Shown here one piece after another: positions 28,939 through 38,825 of a stretch of DNA of 60,004 nt (position 1 is the first letter of the stretch; the number at the start of each line of letters is the position of its first letter). The DNA lies in assembly GCA_903869075.1 (NCBI GenBank), contig CAIPXZ010000765.1:1-60004 (forward strand), written 5' to 3'. This stretch comes from an uncultured Myxococcales bacterium (lineage in GTDB: Bacteria > Myxococcota_A > UBA9042). The notes beneath the pieces are model-generated. The model did no database searches, was not told the origin of the DNA, and worked only from the letters and a program-made list of their open reading frames with translations. A program made the translations under genes and the position numbers.

Positions 28939-31900
28939 TCACGGCTGGCAAGCGTGGCGCCATTTGAGCCACACTGACCGCAAAACACCCGCAGTATCCG
29001 TCGGTTCCGCCAGCCACGCTAGGGTATCCTGCGGCCCGGTCAGCGCCGGGGCAAAGCCAAAGATCGCCGCCGCGGGCACTGGCTGCGCGGTCACGGCCAC
29101 ATCCACGCCGAGCGTCACATGGCGCACGCCCAATGGCGCCTGCAGGGACGTGGCGATCACCAAACGGCCGGTCTCACTCGCCGTCCCCAGCAATTGCAGC
29201 CGCCCGGTGAGGCCGAGGTTCGCCGCGCTCTGAGTCCAGCCTTCGCTCGGGCCAAAATCGTAGTGCCAGAGCGAGCTTGGCGTCCCCGCGCAGGCATACA
29301 CGACGCGCCCCCACGTCGGGTCCCAAGTCAGTGCGCTGCCGGCGTGCCACTGCGGCTGTCCCGGCACCGGTCCCAGCGCCGGGTCAGGGCCCTGCCACAC
29401 AAGCGTCTTGCTCGGCTTGGCCAGGTCGATGAGCCACAGCTGCGGGACGTCCGTCGCCGGCTGGTTGCCCAGCACAAACCACTGCCCCGGCAGGGCGCCC
29501 GCCGCCACAGCCGCGTCCGGCCGCAGCGGCGGCAGCGCCATTTGCTGCTGCGGCGTCGCCACCTGCCACGTCCCTGTCGTCAGGTCCAGGTGTTCCGCAC
29601 CCGGTGCCGGCAGCTGGGTCTCCAGCGCGCCTTGCCAATCGCCAGTCGTGGGCGCCGCCGTCAGCCCGCCCCATTGCAGCAGACCCTGGCCGTCCGGGTC
29701 GCCGATCACCGTCGCAAATGCCCGGCCGGCGCCATACGGCAGCGGCCACGCGGTCCACTTTCCATCCTGATTGCGCCACGCTGTGCCTTCGAACACCGCG
29801 GCACCCACGCGCAGCGACGCGCCGCCCACCCGCACCACGCCGGCCGCCAGCGGGAACAGCCGCGCGCCCACCACCGGCTCGGGCGCCAGATCGGCGGAGG
29901 TCCACGCGCCCGGCAGGCCGATCCAGCTCGCCGCCAAACCATGGCCGTCTGGCGTCTGCCCCAGCGCGACGATGAGCTTGCCGCCAAACGCCGCCACCGC
30001 CGGCGCCACCGGACCCGGCCAGGAATCGCCGTCCGGACCAGGCTGAACGCCCGGCGGCGCAACCGTCGTCCAGGTCTGCGAGCTTACAGTGAATTTGCGC
30101 ACTGGCTGCGGCGCATTGCCCTGGCTGACGCCGCCCACAAGCCAGACCTCGTCGGCGCTCACGTCGCACAGCAGTCGCCCCGGTTGGCCAGTCTTGCCCG
30201 GCACGTCCGGCAACGCCTGCCACGCCGCCGCGCCGGCCGGCAGCACGGCAAAGAATGCCTCGCCCAGCAGCGTCTGGCCGTAGCTGTACAGATCGCCCGC
30301 GGCATTGGCGCACGCCGCCACCGGCCCCACCGCCGGCGCCGGCTGCGGCAGCGTCTCCGCCTGCCAGGTGCCTGTCTGCTCGTCCAGCCGCTGCACCACT
30401 GCCGCGGTGCCGGACGCCACGCCGCCAAATAGCCACACCTGCTGCGCCGGTCCCAGCCGCACGACGGTGGGCGACAGCCGCGGCTGCGGCTGGGTCTTCC
30501 ACGGCGGCACCGTCACCGCGCCGGTCGTCAGGTCCAGCTGCGCCGGCGGCGACGCCACACCCGCGGCATCCTGCCCGCCCAACAGCAGCAGCCGCGGCCC
30601 GGCGTTGGCGTTGGCCGGCAGGATCACCGCTCCGGCCGCACGTCGCGCCAGCTGTGGAGCATGCGCCAGCAGCGACCAGGTCCGCGTCGCCAGCTGCAGA
30701 CGCCAGACATCGCCCGAGCTGACCGTCCCAGTGCCCGGAATCAAGCTATCGACAACGCCGCCGGCGACGTACAGCGCCTCCGCATCGGTCGCCATCGCCA
30801 GCTCCGTGCGCGCCACCGGCCGGGTCACCCAGGTCTCGGTCGGCTCGAGCCACGCCAGCGGCAGGCCTTCGTCGGTCAGGCCGTCGCAGTCGTTGTCCAA
30901 GCCATCGCACGTCGTTTCGGTGATCTGGAAGGCCGGGTTGGTGAAGGTGCATTGCCAGCCGCCGCCCGCGCAGACGAGCAACGGCGCGCCGCCCGCGCAC
31001 ACGCCCGTGGTCGGGCATGGCAGCGGCGGCGTCACAGCGATGTCGTTGTCGACTTGGCCGTCGCAGTCGTCGTCCAGGCCATTGCATATCTCAGCGTGCG
31101 TCTGTGGGCTGCTGCCGTCGGGGTTTGTGGAGCATGTCACCTGGCCGGCGCTGCCGCACTGCACGACGCCGACGCCGCACGCGCCAGTGCCGTCGCACGC
31201 CGCGCCCAGCGGGTTGCCGAGCCAGCTGAGCTGTTCGTCGGTCTCGCCGTCGCAGTCGTCGTCCAAGCCGTTACAGACCTCCGTGCTGGCTTGGCTGGCG
31301 TGGCTGGAGCACGTCGCCGTGCCGCTGGCGCCGCAGACAACCGTGCCGGCGCTGCAGACGCCGGTCGCCGGGCAGGTGCCGCCGAGCGCGATGCCGGCGA
31401 AGTCAAAGCCCTCGTCGGTGGCGCCGTTGCAGTTGTCGTCGAGGCCGTTGCAGACCTCCGCCTGCGCTTTGCTGTCCGCGTTACCGGGGGCCGACGAGCA
31501 CACCGCCTTGGCGTCCGCGCCGCAGACGACCGTGCCACCGCCGCAGATGCCGGTGCTTTGGCAAGCGCCGCCCAAAGCGATGCCGTTCCAAGCCAGGCCG
31601 TTGTCGGTGACGCCGTCGCAGTCGTCGTCTAGGGCGTTGCAGACCTCGGGCGCGACGTGGGCGCTGCTGCCGCCGGGGTTGCTGGAGCAGCGCGGCGCGC
31701 CGTTGCCGCTGCATTCGACGATGCCCAAGCCGCACTCTCCGTCGCCGAGGCACGGCGAGCCGATCGCCAAGCCATTGAACGCAAAGCCTTCGTCGATCTG
31801 GCCATCGCAGTTGTCGTCGATGCCGTTGCACAGCTCCGGCTTGGACTGGTCGTGGCTGGCGCCGGGGTTGCTGGAGCAGTCGGCCTGCGCGCCGTGGCAC

Positions 31901-32565
31901 TCGACGACGCCCATGCCGCACGCGCCGGTGCCGCTGCAGCGCTCGCCGATGCCGCCGCCGGCGTAGGCAAAGCCCTCGTCGACCTCGCCGTCGCAGTCGT
32001 TGTCCTTGCCGTCGCACGTTTCGGAGACGGCGAAGCCGGGGACGTTGTGGTAATCGCAGCTCAGCACGTCGTTGGTGCAGACGGCGACGACGTCGGCGCC
32101 CGCGGCGGCGCACACACCGACGTGGCCGCAGCCGATCGCCGCCAGCACGTGCGTGTCCGTCTCGGGAACGGTGTTGTGGGCATCGACCTCATCGGCCAGA
32201 CAGTCGCGATCGACGTCCGCCACCGCCGATTCCAGCACGTCCGCCAGCGCATCGTCGTCGCCATTGAGCGGGTGCGCCAGGTCCGGACCGACCTCGGCGC
32301 CGTCCGGTTTGCCGTCATTGTCGGTGTCCGCCGCCAGCGGATTGCTGCCCAGCGCGTGTTCGGTGGCGTTGTCCAAGCCGTCGCCGTCTTCGTCGCGGCC
32401 CGGCACGAGGCAGACGTTGACGTAGCACAGCCCGGTGCCGCACTCGCTCGACGCCCGGCACGGCGCGCCGGCCGCGCTCTTGTCCGCGGTGCAGCCGGCA
32501 ACGGCGCAGACGGCGATCAGCGCGATCGTCCAAAGTGCCCTGACTGCTTGCGGTTGAGCGTGCAT
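28939..32565 (-). CDS. lipoprotein with TSP3-like Asp loops, seven roughly 60-aa Cys modules ending in C(N/D)GxDDxCDG, and a C-terminal Kelch-like beta-propeller region
   Basis: 1208 aa from ATG 32565 (MHAQPQAVRALWTIALIAVCAVAG|C). DEDGDGLDNATEHALGSNPLAADTDNDGKPDG. Cys motifs at aa 184, 246, 309, 372, 431, 494 and 553. Propeller-type GG motifs (LYVAGGV, LLLLGGQD, VWLFGGV, VWLVGGV). Confidence 0.85.
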   Translation of the reverse strand: MHAQPQAVRALWTIALIAVCAVAGCTADKSAAGAPCRASSECGTGLCYVNVCLVPGRDEDGDGLDNATEHALGSNPLAADTDNDGKPDGAEVGPDLAHPLNGDDDALADVLESAVADVDRDCLADEVDAHNTVPETDTHVLAAIGCGHVGVCAAAGADVVAVCTNDVLSCDYHNVPGFAVSETCDGKDNDCDGEVDEGFAYAGGGIGERCSGTGACGMGVVECHGAQADCSSNPGASHDQSKPELCNGIDDNCDGQIDEGFAFNGLAIGSPCLGDGECGLGIVECSGNGAPRCSSNPGGSSAHVAPEVCNALDDDCDGVTDNGLAWNGIALGGACQSTGICGGGTVVCGADAKAVCSSAPGNADSKAQAEVCNGLDDNCNGATDEGFDFAGIALGGTCPATGVCSAGTVVCGASGTATCSSHASQASTEVCNGLDDDCDGETDEQLSWLGNPLGAACDGTGACGVGVVQCGSAGQVTCSTNPDGSSPQTHAEICNGLDDDCDGQVDNDIAVTPPLPCPTTGVCAGGAPLLVCAGGGWQCTFTNPAFQITETTCDGLDNDCDGLTDEGLPLAWLEPTETWVTRPVARTELAMATDAEALYVAGGVVDSLIPGTGTVSSGDVWRLQLATRTWSLLAHAPQLARRAAGAVILPANANAGPRLLLLGGQDAAGVASPPAQLDLTTGAVTVPPWKTQPQPRLSPTVVRLGPAQQVWLFGGVASGTAAVVQRLDEQTGTWQAETLPQPAPAVGPVAACANAAGDLYSYGQTLLGEAFFAVLPAGAAAWQALPDVPGKTGQPGRLLCDVSADEVWLVGGVSQGNAPQPVRKFTVSSQTWTTVAPPGVQPGPDGDSWPGPVAPAVAAFGGKLIVALGQTPDGHGLAASWIGLPGAWTSADLAPEPVVGARLFPLAAGVVRVGGASLRVGAAVFEGTAWRNQDGKWTAWPLPYGAGRAFATVIGDPDGQGLLQWGGLTAAPTTGDWQGALETQLPAPGAEHLDLTTGTWQVATPQQQMALPPLRPDAAVAAGALPGQWFVLGNQPATDVPQLWLIDLAKPSKTLVWQGPDPALGPVPGQPQWHAGSALTWDPTWGRVVYACAGTPSSLWHYDFGPSEGWTQSAANLGLTGRLQLLGTASETGRLVIATSLQAPLGVRHVTLGVDVAVTAQPVPAAAIFGFAPALTGPQDTLAWLAEPTDTAGVLRSVWLKWRHACQP
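30868..32016 (-). repeat. seven tandem roughly 60-aa Cys-rich modules (protein-level repeat)
   Basis: Period of 59-63 aa: G..C.G.G.CG.G.V.C......CSS.PG.S......E.CNGLDDDCDG..DE. Confidence 0.75.
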
Positions 32566-32573
32566 CCCGTCAC

Positions 32574-32602
32574 AGCCTAGCGGTCGCCGCCCGTACCGGC
32601 AA
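32574..32602 (-). promoter_or_regulatory. weak promoter candidate (TTGCCG-17 nt-TAGGCT) in the 49-nt gap before the Kelch lipoprotein gene
   Basis: The -10-like hexamer ends 8 nt before ATG 32565, which would give a near-leaderless mRNA. Co-transcription with nnr is the alternative. Confidence 0.25.
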
Positions 32603-32614
32603 GAACCGTTGCGA

Positions 32615-34159
32615 TCAGCCTTCCAGCGCGACGATCGCCGCCGGCAGGTGCTCCAGCAGCTCAGACGCCAGCCCCGCGCGCGCGCCCGCCTGCGCCCGCA
32701 GCCGCTGGCCGGCGAGGCTGTGCAGCGCCACGCCCAGCCGCGCGGCGTCAAACAGCGGCAGACCTTGCGCCAGCAGGCCGCCGATCAGCCCCGTCAGCAC
32801 GTCGCCCGTGCCGCCTTTCGCCAGCGCCGCATTCGCCTCCGGACACAGCGCCCACTGGCCGTTCGGCGCCACAACCAGCGTCCGCGCGCCCTTGAGCACC
32901 ACAACCGCCTGCAGCTCCGTCGCCAGCTGCCGCGCCGCGCCCAGGCGATCGGCCTCGATCGCCTCGATCGGCTTGCCGACGAGCACCGCCATCTCGCCCG
33001 GATGCGGCGTCAGCACCAGCCGCCCCGCCGCCGGCGCCGCCATCTCGCGCTTGCCGGCCAGGATGTGCAGCGCGTCGGCATCCAGCACCACCGGCACGTC
33101 GGTCATCGCCAGCACGCGCTGGATCAGGTCGACCTCCGCCGCGCTCGTGCCGAGCCCCGGTCCCGCGGCGACCGCCGACTTCTTGTGCAGCAGCTTCTCG
33201 ATCCGCTTGATCTCCGACGCGCCGCCGCGCACCGCCTCGACCATCAAATCCGGGATCGACGCTTCCAGCCGCCCGCGGATTTCCCCCGACGTGCCCAGCG
33301 TGCACAGCCCGACGCCCGAGCGCAACGCCGCGCCGCTGCTCAGCAAAGCCGCGCCGCCCTTGCCCGGCGAGCCGGCCAGCACAAACAGGTGGCCAAAGCG
33401 GCCTTTGTAGCCTTGGTCGTCGCGCACCGGCAGCAGCTGCTTGGCCAGCGCCGCGTCGATTGTCTGGCCGGACGGCTCACTGGCTGCGATCCATGCCGCG
33501 GGCACGCCGATCTCGGCGATCTCCAGCTCTTGCCAGTACTTGGGCCCATCGCCGAGGAACAGCCCGGGCTTGGCCGCCGCCATCGTGACGCACAGCTGCG
33601 CCACGACCGCCACGCCCTGCACTTTGCCGTCCACCGCCGACAGCCCCGACGGGATGTCCGCCGCCACAACCAGCGCCCGGTAGCGCCCGTCCAGCTGCGC
33701 CGCCAGCGTCCGCACCGGCTCGCGCAGCTCACCCGCCAAGCCGATGCCCGCCAGCGCGTCGACGATCGCCGCCGACCGCCCCAGCGACCGCCGCAGGTTC
33801 TGCAGCTCCGGACCGCGCGGCGGCTCCTTGACCACGCGCACGTCCACGCCCAGCCGCTTCATCGCCTGGAAGTGCAGCGCCGTCTCCGGCGTCATCTTGT
33901 CCAGCTCGCCCGCAAGGAATATTTCCGCTTTGAAACCGCGGTCTTGCAGGATGCGCGCGGCGACAAAACCGTCCCCACCGTTGTTGCCCACGCCCGCCAG
34001 CACGGTGATGTGCCGGCCATTGGCCGCGCCGACCCGCCGCACGATGGCGTCGGCGATCGCCCGCCCGGCGTTCTCCATGAGCACCGCCGCCGGCAGCCCC
34101 AGCTCTTTCATCGCGCGGTTGTCCAGCGCCCGCACCTGATCTGGCGAGAGGATCTTCAT
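32615..34159 (-). CDS. nnr: bifunctional NAD(P)H-hydrate repair enzyme (epimerase / ADP-dependent dehydratase)
   Basis: 514 aa. YjeF N-terminal region MENAGRAIA...VLAGVGNNGGDGFVAAR. Kinase-like C-terminus GPGLG...GGTGDVLTGLIGGLLAQG. Its ATG abuts the pdxJ stop (TAGATG). Confidence 0.92.
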   Translation of the reverse strand: MKILSPDQVRALDNRAMKELGLPAAVLMENAGRAIADAIVRRVGAANGRHITVLAGVGNNGGDGFVAARILQDRGFKAEIFLAGELDKMTPETALHFQAMKRLGVDVRVVKEPPRGPELQNLRRSLGRSAAIVDALAGIGLAGELREPVRTLAAQLDGRYRALVVAADIPSGLSAVDGKVQGVAVVAQLCVTMAAAKPGLFLGDGPKYWQELEIAEIGVPAAWIAASEPSGQTIDAALAKQLLPVRDDQGYKGRFGHLFVLAGSPGKGGAALLSSGAALRSGVGLCTLGTSGEIRGRLEASIPDLMVEAVRGGASEIKRIEKLLHKKSAVAAGPGLGTSAAEVDLIQRVLAMTDVPVVLDADALHILAGKREMAAPAAGRLVLTPHPGEMAVLVGKPIEAIEADRLGAARQLATELQAVVVLKGARTLVVAPNGQWALCPEANAALAKGGTGDVLTGLIGGLLAQGLPLFDAARLGVALHSLAGQRLRAQAGARAGLASELLEHLPAAIVALEG

Positions 34160-34888
34160 CTACGCCAACCGCATCGCGTCGATCATCTCACGCACCGCCC
34201 GTTCGAGACCCACCAGCACGGCACGCGCGACGATCGCGTGGCCGATGTTCAGTTCCACCATGTACGGCAAGCGCGCGACATCCTGAACATTTTTGTAGTC
34301 CAAGCCGTGACCCGCGGCGACCCGCAGGCTAAGCTCATGGGCCTGCGCCGCGGCGTCCGCCAGATGCGTCAGCCGTTGGTCGCGCAGCAACGCCGTCCGC
34401 GCCTCACAGTAGTCGCCGGTGTGCAATTCCACCGTGTGCGCGCCCAGTTCCGCGCTGCGCGCCACCTGCGCCGGATCCGGATCGATGAACAGCGACACAA
34501 CGATGCCCGCGTCCCGCAGCGCCGCGATCACCGGCCGCAGCGTGTCGGTATGGCCCACCACGTCCAGCCCGCCTTCGGTCGTGCGCTCTTCGCGCTTTTC
34601 CGGCACGAGCGTCACGGTATCGGGGCGCTCGCGCACGGCGATGCGCACCATCTCCGCCGTCGCCGCCATCTCCAGGTTCAGCGGCACCTGCACCGTCTGC
34701 CGCAGAATCGTCACGTCGCGGTCCTGAATGTGCCGGCGATCCTCGCGCAAATGCACGGTAATCTGGTCCGCGCCGGCCAACTCGGCCAGGCTCGCCGCGA
34801 GCACCGGATCGGGAAACCGCGTGCCGCGCGCCTGACGGAGGGTCGCCACGTGGTCCACGTTGACGCCGAGCTGAAGTCCCACAGGCAT
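34160..34888 (-). CDS. pdxJ: pyridoxine 5'-phosphate synthase
   Basis: 242 aa, [16 protein letters not shown]...[12 protein letters not shown]...ELHTG. Confidence 0.95.
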   Translation of the reverse strand: MPVGLQLGVNVDHVATLRQARGTRFPDPVLAASLAELAGADQITVHLREDRRHIQDRDVTILRQTVQVPLNLEMAATAEMVRIAVRERPDTVTLVPEKREERTTEGGLDVVGHTDTLRPVIAALRDAGIVVSLFIDPDPAQVARSAELGAHTVELHTGDYCEARTALLRDQRLTHLADAAAQAHELSLRVAAGHGLDYKNVQDVARLPYMVELNIGHAIVARAVLVGLERAVREMIDAMRLA

Positions 34889-34903
34889 CCTATCCTCCTG
34901 AAC

Positions 34904-36262
34904 TCACACGCCAATCGACGCAATGACCGTGTCGGCGATCCGCTGCGCGTGCGACTCCACGAGCTGGCGGTTCTGGCCTTCCACCATCACCCGGCACTTG
35001 CGCTCGGTGCCGCTGTAGCGCACGAGCACGCGGCCAAAGCCGGCAAGCTCGCGTTCTGCCTCGCTAATCGCGCCAGACACCGCGGGCATGCTGACGATCG
35101 GCGGCTTGTCGCGCACCGGCAGGTTGATGAGCACCTGCGGCACGTTTTCCATCACGTGCGCCAGCTCACTGACGCGAGCGCCCTCGCGCACGGCGATCGC
35201 CAGCACCTGCAAGCCGGCGAGCACGCCGTCGCCCGTCGTCGCGTGGTCGAGGAACACGAGGTGGCCAGACTGCTCGCCGCCGATGTTGAAGCCGCCGCGC
35301 CGCATCGCCTCGACGACGTGGCGATCGCCGACGTCGGTGCGCAGCAGCGTGATGCCGGCGGCACGCATGGCGATTTCAAGGCCGAAATTCGACATCACGG
35401 TTGAGACCAGCGTGCTCTTCTTGAGCGTGCCAGCTGCGTGCATGCGCAGCGCGACCAGCGCCATGATGCGATCGCCATCGACGATGTGGCCCTTTTCATC
35501 AATCAGAATCAAGCGATCCGCGTCACCGTCCAGCGCCAGACCCATGTCGCAGCCGTGCTCGACGACCGTGCGCGCCAGCTCCTGCGGGTGCAGCGCGCCA
35601 CAATTCTCATTGATATTCACGCCATCGGGCGCGGCGTTGATCGTCACGACCTTGGCGCCCAGCTCCTCGAACACCATCGGCGCCACTTTGTACGCCGCGC
35701 CATTGGCGCAATCGATGGCGATCTTCACGCCGTCCAGCGTCAAATCATTGGGGAAAGTCGTCTTCAGCTTGACCACGTACCGGCCCCACGCGTCGTCGAT
35801 GCGGTGCGCCCGGCCGATGTCCGCGCCCTGCGCCAGCGCCGCCTGCAGCGCCGGCGGATCCTCGACCATCTCCTCGATCTTGCGCTCGAGATCGTCGTCC
35901 AGCTTGAAGCCGTCGGCGCCGAAGATCTTGATGCCATTGTCAAAAAACGGATTGTGCGACGCCGAAATGACCACGCCCGCGTCAGCGCGCATGCCCAGCG
36001 TCATGAACGCGATGCCCGGCGTCGGCAGCGGACCGACGAGGTACGGCTCCGCGCCCACCGAGCACAGCCCGGCTACCAGCGCATTTTCAAACAGGTAACC
36101 GCTGCGCCGCGTGTCCTTGCCGATCAGCACGCGCATGCCGTCATGGCGCCGCCGGCACAGCACGCCCAGCGAGCGACCGATCTGCAGGGCGTTTTCCACC
36201 GTCATGACGCCGGAATTCGCCTCACCGCGCACGCCGTCCGTTCCAAAAAGCTTCTTGGCCAT
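34904..36262 (-). CDS. glmM: phosphoglucosamine mutase
   Basis: 452 aa, KLFGTDGVRGEAN...ISASHNPFFDNGIKIF...GGEQSGH. Confidence 0.96.
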   Translation of the reverse strand: MAKKLFGTDGVRGEANSGVMTVENALQIGRSLGVLCRRRHDGMRVLIGKDTRRSGYLFENALVAGLCSVGAEPYLVGPLPTPGIAFMTLGMRADAGVVISASHNPFFDNGIKIFGADGFKLDDDLERKIEEMVEDPPALQAALAQGADIGRAHRIDDAWGRYVVKLKTTFPNDLTLDGVKIAIDCANGAAYKVAPMVFEELGAKVVTINAAPDGVNINENCGALHPQELARTVVEHGCDMGLALDGDADRLILIDEKGHIVDGDRIMALVALRMHAAGTLKKSTLVSTVMSNFGLEIAMRAAGITLLRTDVGDRHVVEAMRRGGFNIGGEQSGHLVFLDHATTGDGVLAGLQVLAIAVREGARVSELAHVMENVPQVLINLPVRDKPPIVSMPAVSGAISEAERELAGFGRVLVRYSGTERKCRVMVEGQNRQLVESHAQRIADTVIASIGV

Positions 36263-36280
36263 CGCTCCCTCCAGATCAGT

Positions 36281-37648
36281 TCAGGATCGCACAACGCGCA
36301 AGGGCACGGGCGGTTCCAGCCCGGTCTGGCGCGGCGGGTGCAATTCACGCTGCAGCACCCGCATGATCGTCTTGTCGTCGTAGCCGCTGGCGCGAATCTC
36401 CTCGACCCGCTCCCGCAACCTGTCAAAATCCGTACGAATTCCGTAACTCTTCAGGATCGCCTCGACCCGCGTCGCGTGGCGCTCCAGCGCTTCGGTGGCG
36501 CTGATGTAGCCGTGCATCGCGCTCTCGGCGCGCGCCCAGAAGTTGAGCGGGTTTGTCTGGAAGAATTTCACATCGGTTTCAGACGGTTCCAGCAAAATCA
36601 CGTCGCCGTGAAAGTTCGGATTCATCTGCAATTTCTCGATGCCGAGCATCAGCCGCGTGTGCAGCAGCGTGCGAAACGCCTGGTTGATGACCGTCGCCAC
36701 GCCCATGTCGGACATGGACGTCTGGCCGTTGAGCAGCTGGTCGGCGTTGTAATTCACGAACGGCCGGAAGGGGTTATACGCGATGACGAGCTGCGCGCCG
36801 CGCTTGACCGCGAGGCTGATGTTGGCGGTGCGGCGCACGCCGGCGTCCAGGTAGTCCTTGCCGCGGATGCGCGCCGGCTTGTAGAAGCCCGGAATCGCTG
36901 AAGAAGCCTGAACCGCTTCAGAAATCGACACGCTGGCGTCCTCGTCGTGACCAAAAACCACGCCTTCCGCGGTGTCCAGATGCGTGGCGCCGATGTACAG
37001 CGACTTGCCGCGCTCCATGTGCAACAGCCTGAAATCGTTTGGCACGCCGTTCTTGCGCAGCTGCTCGCGGATGAACTCCTCGATGCCGGTGTTCACAAAC
37101 AGCCCGGACGGCATGTAGCTCAGCCCCGGGCGGAAGTTGGCGTCGCGCAGCATCTCGCGCACGAGCGGCTGCACCAGCGCCTCCGCGGCGTCAAAGCCGG
37201 GATCCTTCACAAAATCGCGGACCGCGTTGATCAACTCCGGGCGTTTTTGCAGCACATACCGGCCCAGCGTCATCGACGCCGACGGCAGGAACCCCGCGGC
37301 ATCGCGGCCAAAACGCAGCGGACGGGAGACAAATTCGCGCCAATTCGGCCGGTAGAACTGCGCCGGACGGAACTTGTCGATGCGCGTGCTCTGGCCTTCC
37401 AGGGACTTGAGCATCTCCTCAGGACCGACGCCCGCGGCCATCGGCGCGGCCAGAAAAGCGCCAGCAGAAATGCCGACGTAGATGTCGAGATCGGTGACCG
37501 AGCGGTTGGCCAGCAGCGTGTTGAGGGCGATCAAGCCGCCGATCTTGAACGCGCCGCCGGAGATCGCGCCGCCAGCCAGCACCAGGGCGACCTTGGCGTG
37601 CGGCCGCGGGCGGCTGCGGTCCCCTTTTTCGACAAACGTGATGCCCAT
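36281..37648 (-). CDS. patatin-like phospholipase family protein
   Basis: 455 aa from ATG 37648 with a GGAGGA SD. Oxyanion LAGGAISGG, nucleophile GISAG (GxSxG) and catalytic Asp in LDAGV. Confidence 0.85.
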   Translation of the reverse strand: MGITFVEKGDRSRPRPHAKVALVLAGGAISGGAFKIGGLIALNTLLANRSVTDLDIYVGISAGAFLAAPMAAGVGPEEMLKSLEGQSTRIDKFRPAQFYRPNWREFVSRPLRFGRDAAGFLPSASMTLGRYVLQKRPELINAVRDFVKDPGFDAAEALVQPLVREMLRDANFRPGLSYMPSGLFVNTGIEEFIREQLRKNGVPNDFRLLHMERGKSLYIGATHLDTAEGVVFGHDEDASVSISEAVQASSAIPGFYKPARIRGKDYLDAGVRRTANISLAVKRGAQLVIAYNPFRPFVNYNADQLLNGQTSMSDMGVATVINQAFRTLLHTRLMLGIEKLQMNPNFHGDVILLEPSETDVKFFQTNPLNFWARAESAMHGYISATEALERHATRVEAILKSYGIRTDFDRLRERVEEIRASGYDDKTIMRVLQRELHPPRQTGLEPPVPLRVVRS

Positions 37649-37718
37649 CTTCGTCCTCCGGCGACCGGCGCACATCTTGGCCGCGTTGCCGCGGATGCGC
37701 CAGATTCTGCATGCAACT

Positions 37719-38825
37719 TTACACCACAAGCTCCAGCAATTTCTGCGCCAGCCGGGACAGCCCACTCTCCTTGCCCAGCGCGTCCGGCAGCGCTTGCACC
37801 CGCAGCGCTGGATAGCCAAAAGCCGCCAGATCCGGCAGGGTTTCCAGCGCGCAGTGCACCGGCACCGCCAGCACCTCGTAGCGGCGGTGCGTCAGGATGT
37901 GGACGATCGGCCCCAGCGGCGGCTCCGGCGTCAGCCCGGCGGCGCGCAGCCGCGCGTTCAGCACGTCCAGGCAGTCGGCGCCTTCCACGCCCGGCGGCTC
38001 CCACAGCCCGGCCCAACGCACGTCCTCGGGCCGCCGCGCAAGCAGCACCCGCGGCGCGGAATCGGCCACGCCCGGCCCTTGCAGCGGCGTCCCGACGATC
38101 ACCGCATACGCCGCCCGCACAAGCTGCGCAGTCGCTTTTTGCCGCACCGGCGGGATCGCCTGCGTCAGGCCTTGCGCCCGCGCTTGGCAGTGCGTCGCGA
38201 CCGGACACAGCAGGCAATCCGGCGCGCGCGGCGTGCATACCGTCGCGCCCAGCTCCATCAGCGCCTGGTTCCACGCGCCCGGCTGCGCGCGCGCGACCGG
38301 CTGCTGCAGCCAGTCCTCGGCGACGCGCCAGATGTGATCGCGGCCCTTGGGCTGGCTGGGATCGCCGGCAAACGCCGTCCAGCGCGCCAGCACGCGCGCC
38401 ACGTTGCCGTCCACCAGCGCCGCTGGCTGGCCAAAAGCGATCGACCGCACCGCGCCGACCGTGTACGGCCCCAGGCCTGGCAGCGCCCGCAGCGCCGCGT
38501 CGTCGGCCGGCAGCACGCCCGCGTGCCGCGCCATCACCGCCTGCGCCGCCGCGTGCAGGTTGCGGGCGCGGTTGTAGTAGCCCAGCCCGGTCCACATCGC
38601 CAGCACGTCGGCCTGTGACGCTGCCGCCAGGTCGGCGACGGTCGGCCAGCGCGCCAGCCAGCGCTGGAAGTAGTCGATGACGGTGTCGACGCGCGTCTGC
38701 TGCAGCATCAGCTCGGAGACGAGCACCGCGTAGGGCGTCGGGTTGTCGCGCCACGGCAGGCGCCGCTGGTGCTGGGCAAACCACGCGAGCAGCGCGGAGA
38801 TGGCGGATTCAGTGTCGTTTGCCAC
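37719..38825 (-). CDS. mutY: A/G-specific adenine DNA glycosylase
   Basis: About 368 aa from GTG 38825; the start is uncertain. LMLQQTRV, HhH LPGLGPYTVGAV and Fe-S ligands CTPRAPDCLLCPVATHC. Overlaps the upstream gene end by 17 nt. Confidence 0.88.
   Translation of the reverse strand: MANDTESAISALLAWFAQHQRRLPWRDNPTPYAVLVSELMLQQTRVDTVIDYFQRWLARWPTVADLAAASQADVLAMWTGLGYYNRARNLHAAAQAVMARHAGVLPADDAALRALPGLGPYTVGAVRSIAFGQPAALVDGNVARVLARWTAFAGDPSQPKGRDHIWRVAEDWLQQPVARAQPGAWNQALMELGATVCTPRAPDCLLCPVATHCQARAQGLTQAIPPVRQKATAQLVRAAYAVIVGTPLQGPGVADSAPRVLLARRPEDVRWAGLWEPPGVEGADCLDVLNARLRAAGLTPEPPLGPIVHILTHRRYEVLAVPVHCALETLPDLAAFGYPALRVQALPDALGKESGLSRLAQKLLELVV

Noticed and set aside
36281-37648. Patatin-like phospholipase as a CBASS or other defence effector
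   Set aside because: There is no cyclase, sensor or other defence-associated gene nearby. The gene is embedded in a housekeeping operon.
37649-37718. TGGCGC-N5-CGGC upstream of the patatin gene as a sigma54 promoter
   Set aside because: GG and GC are correctly spaced, but five other consensus positions mismatch. This is likely chance in GC-rich DNA.
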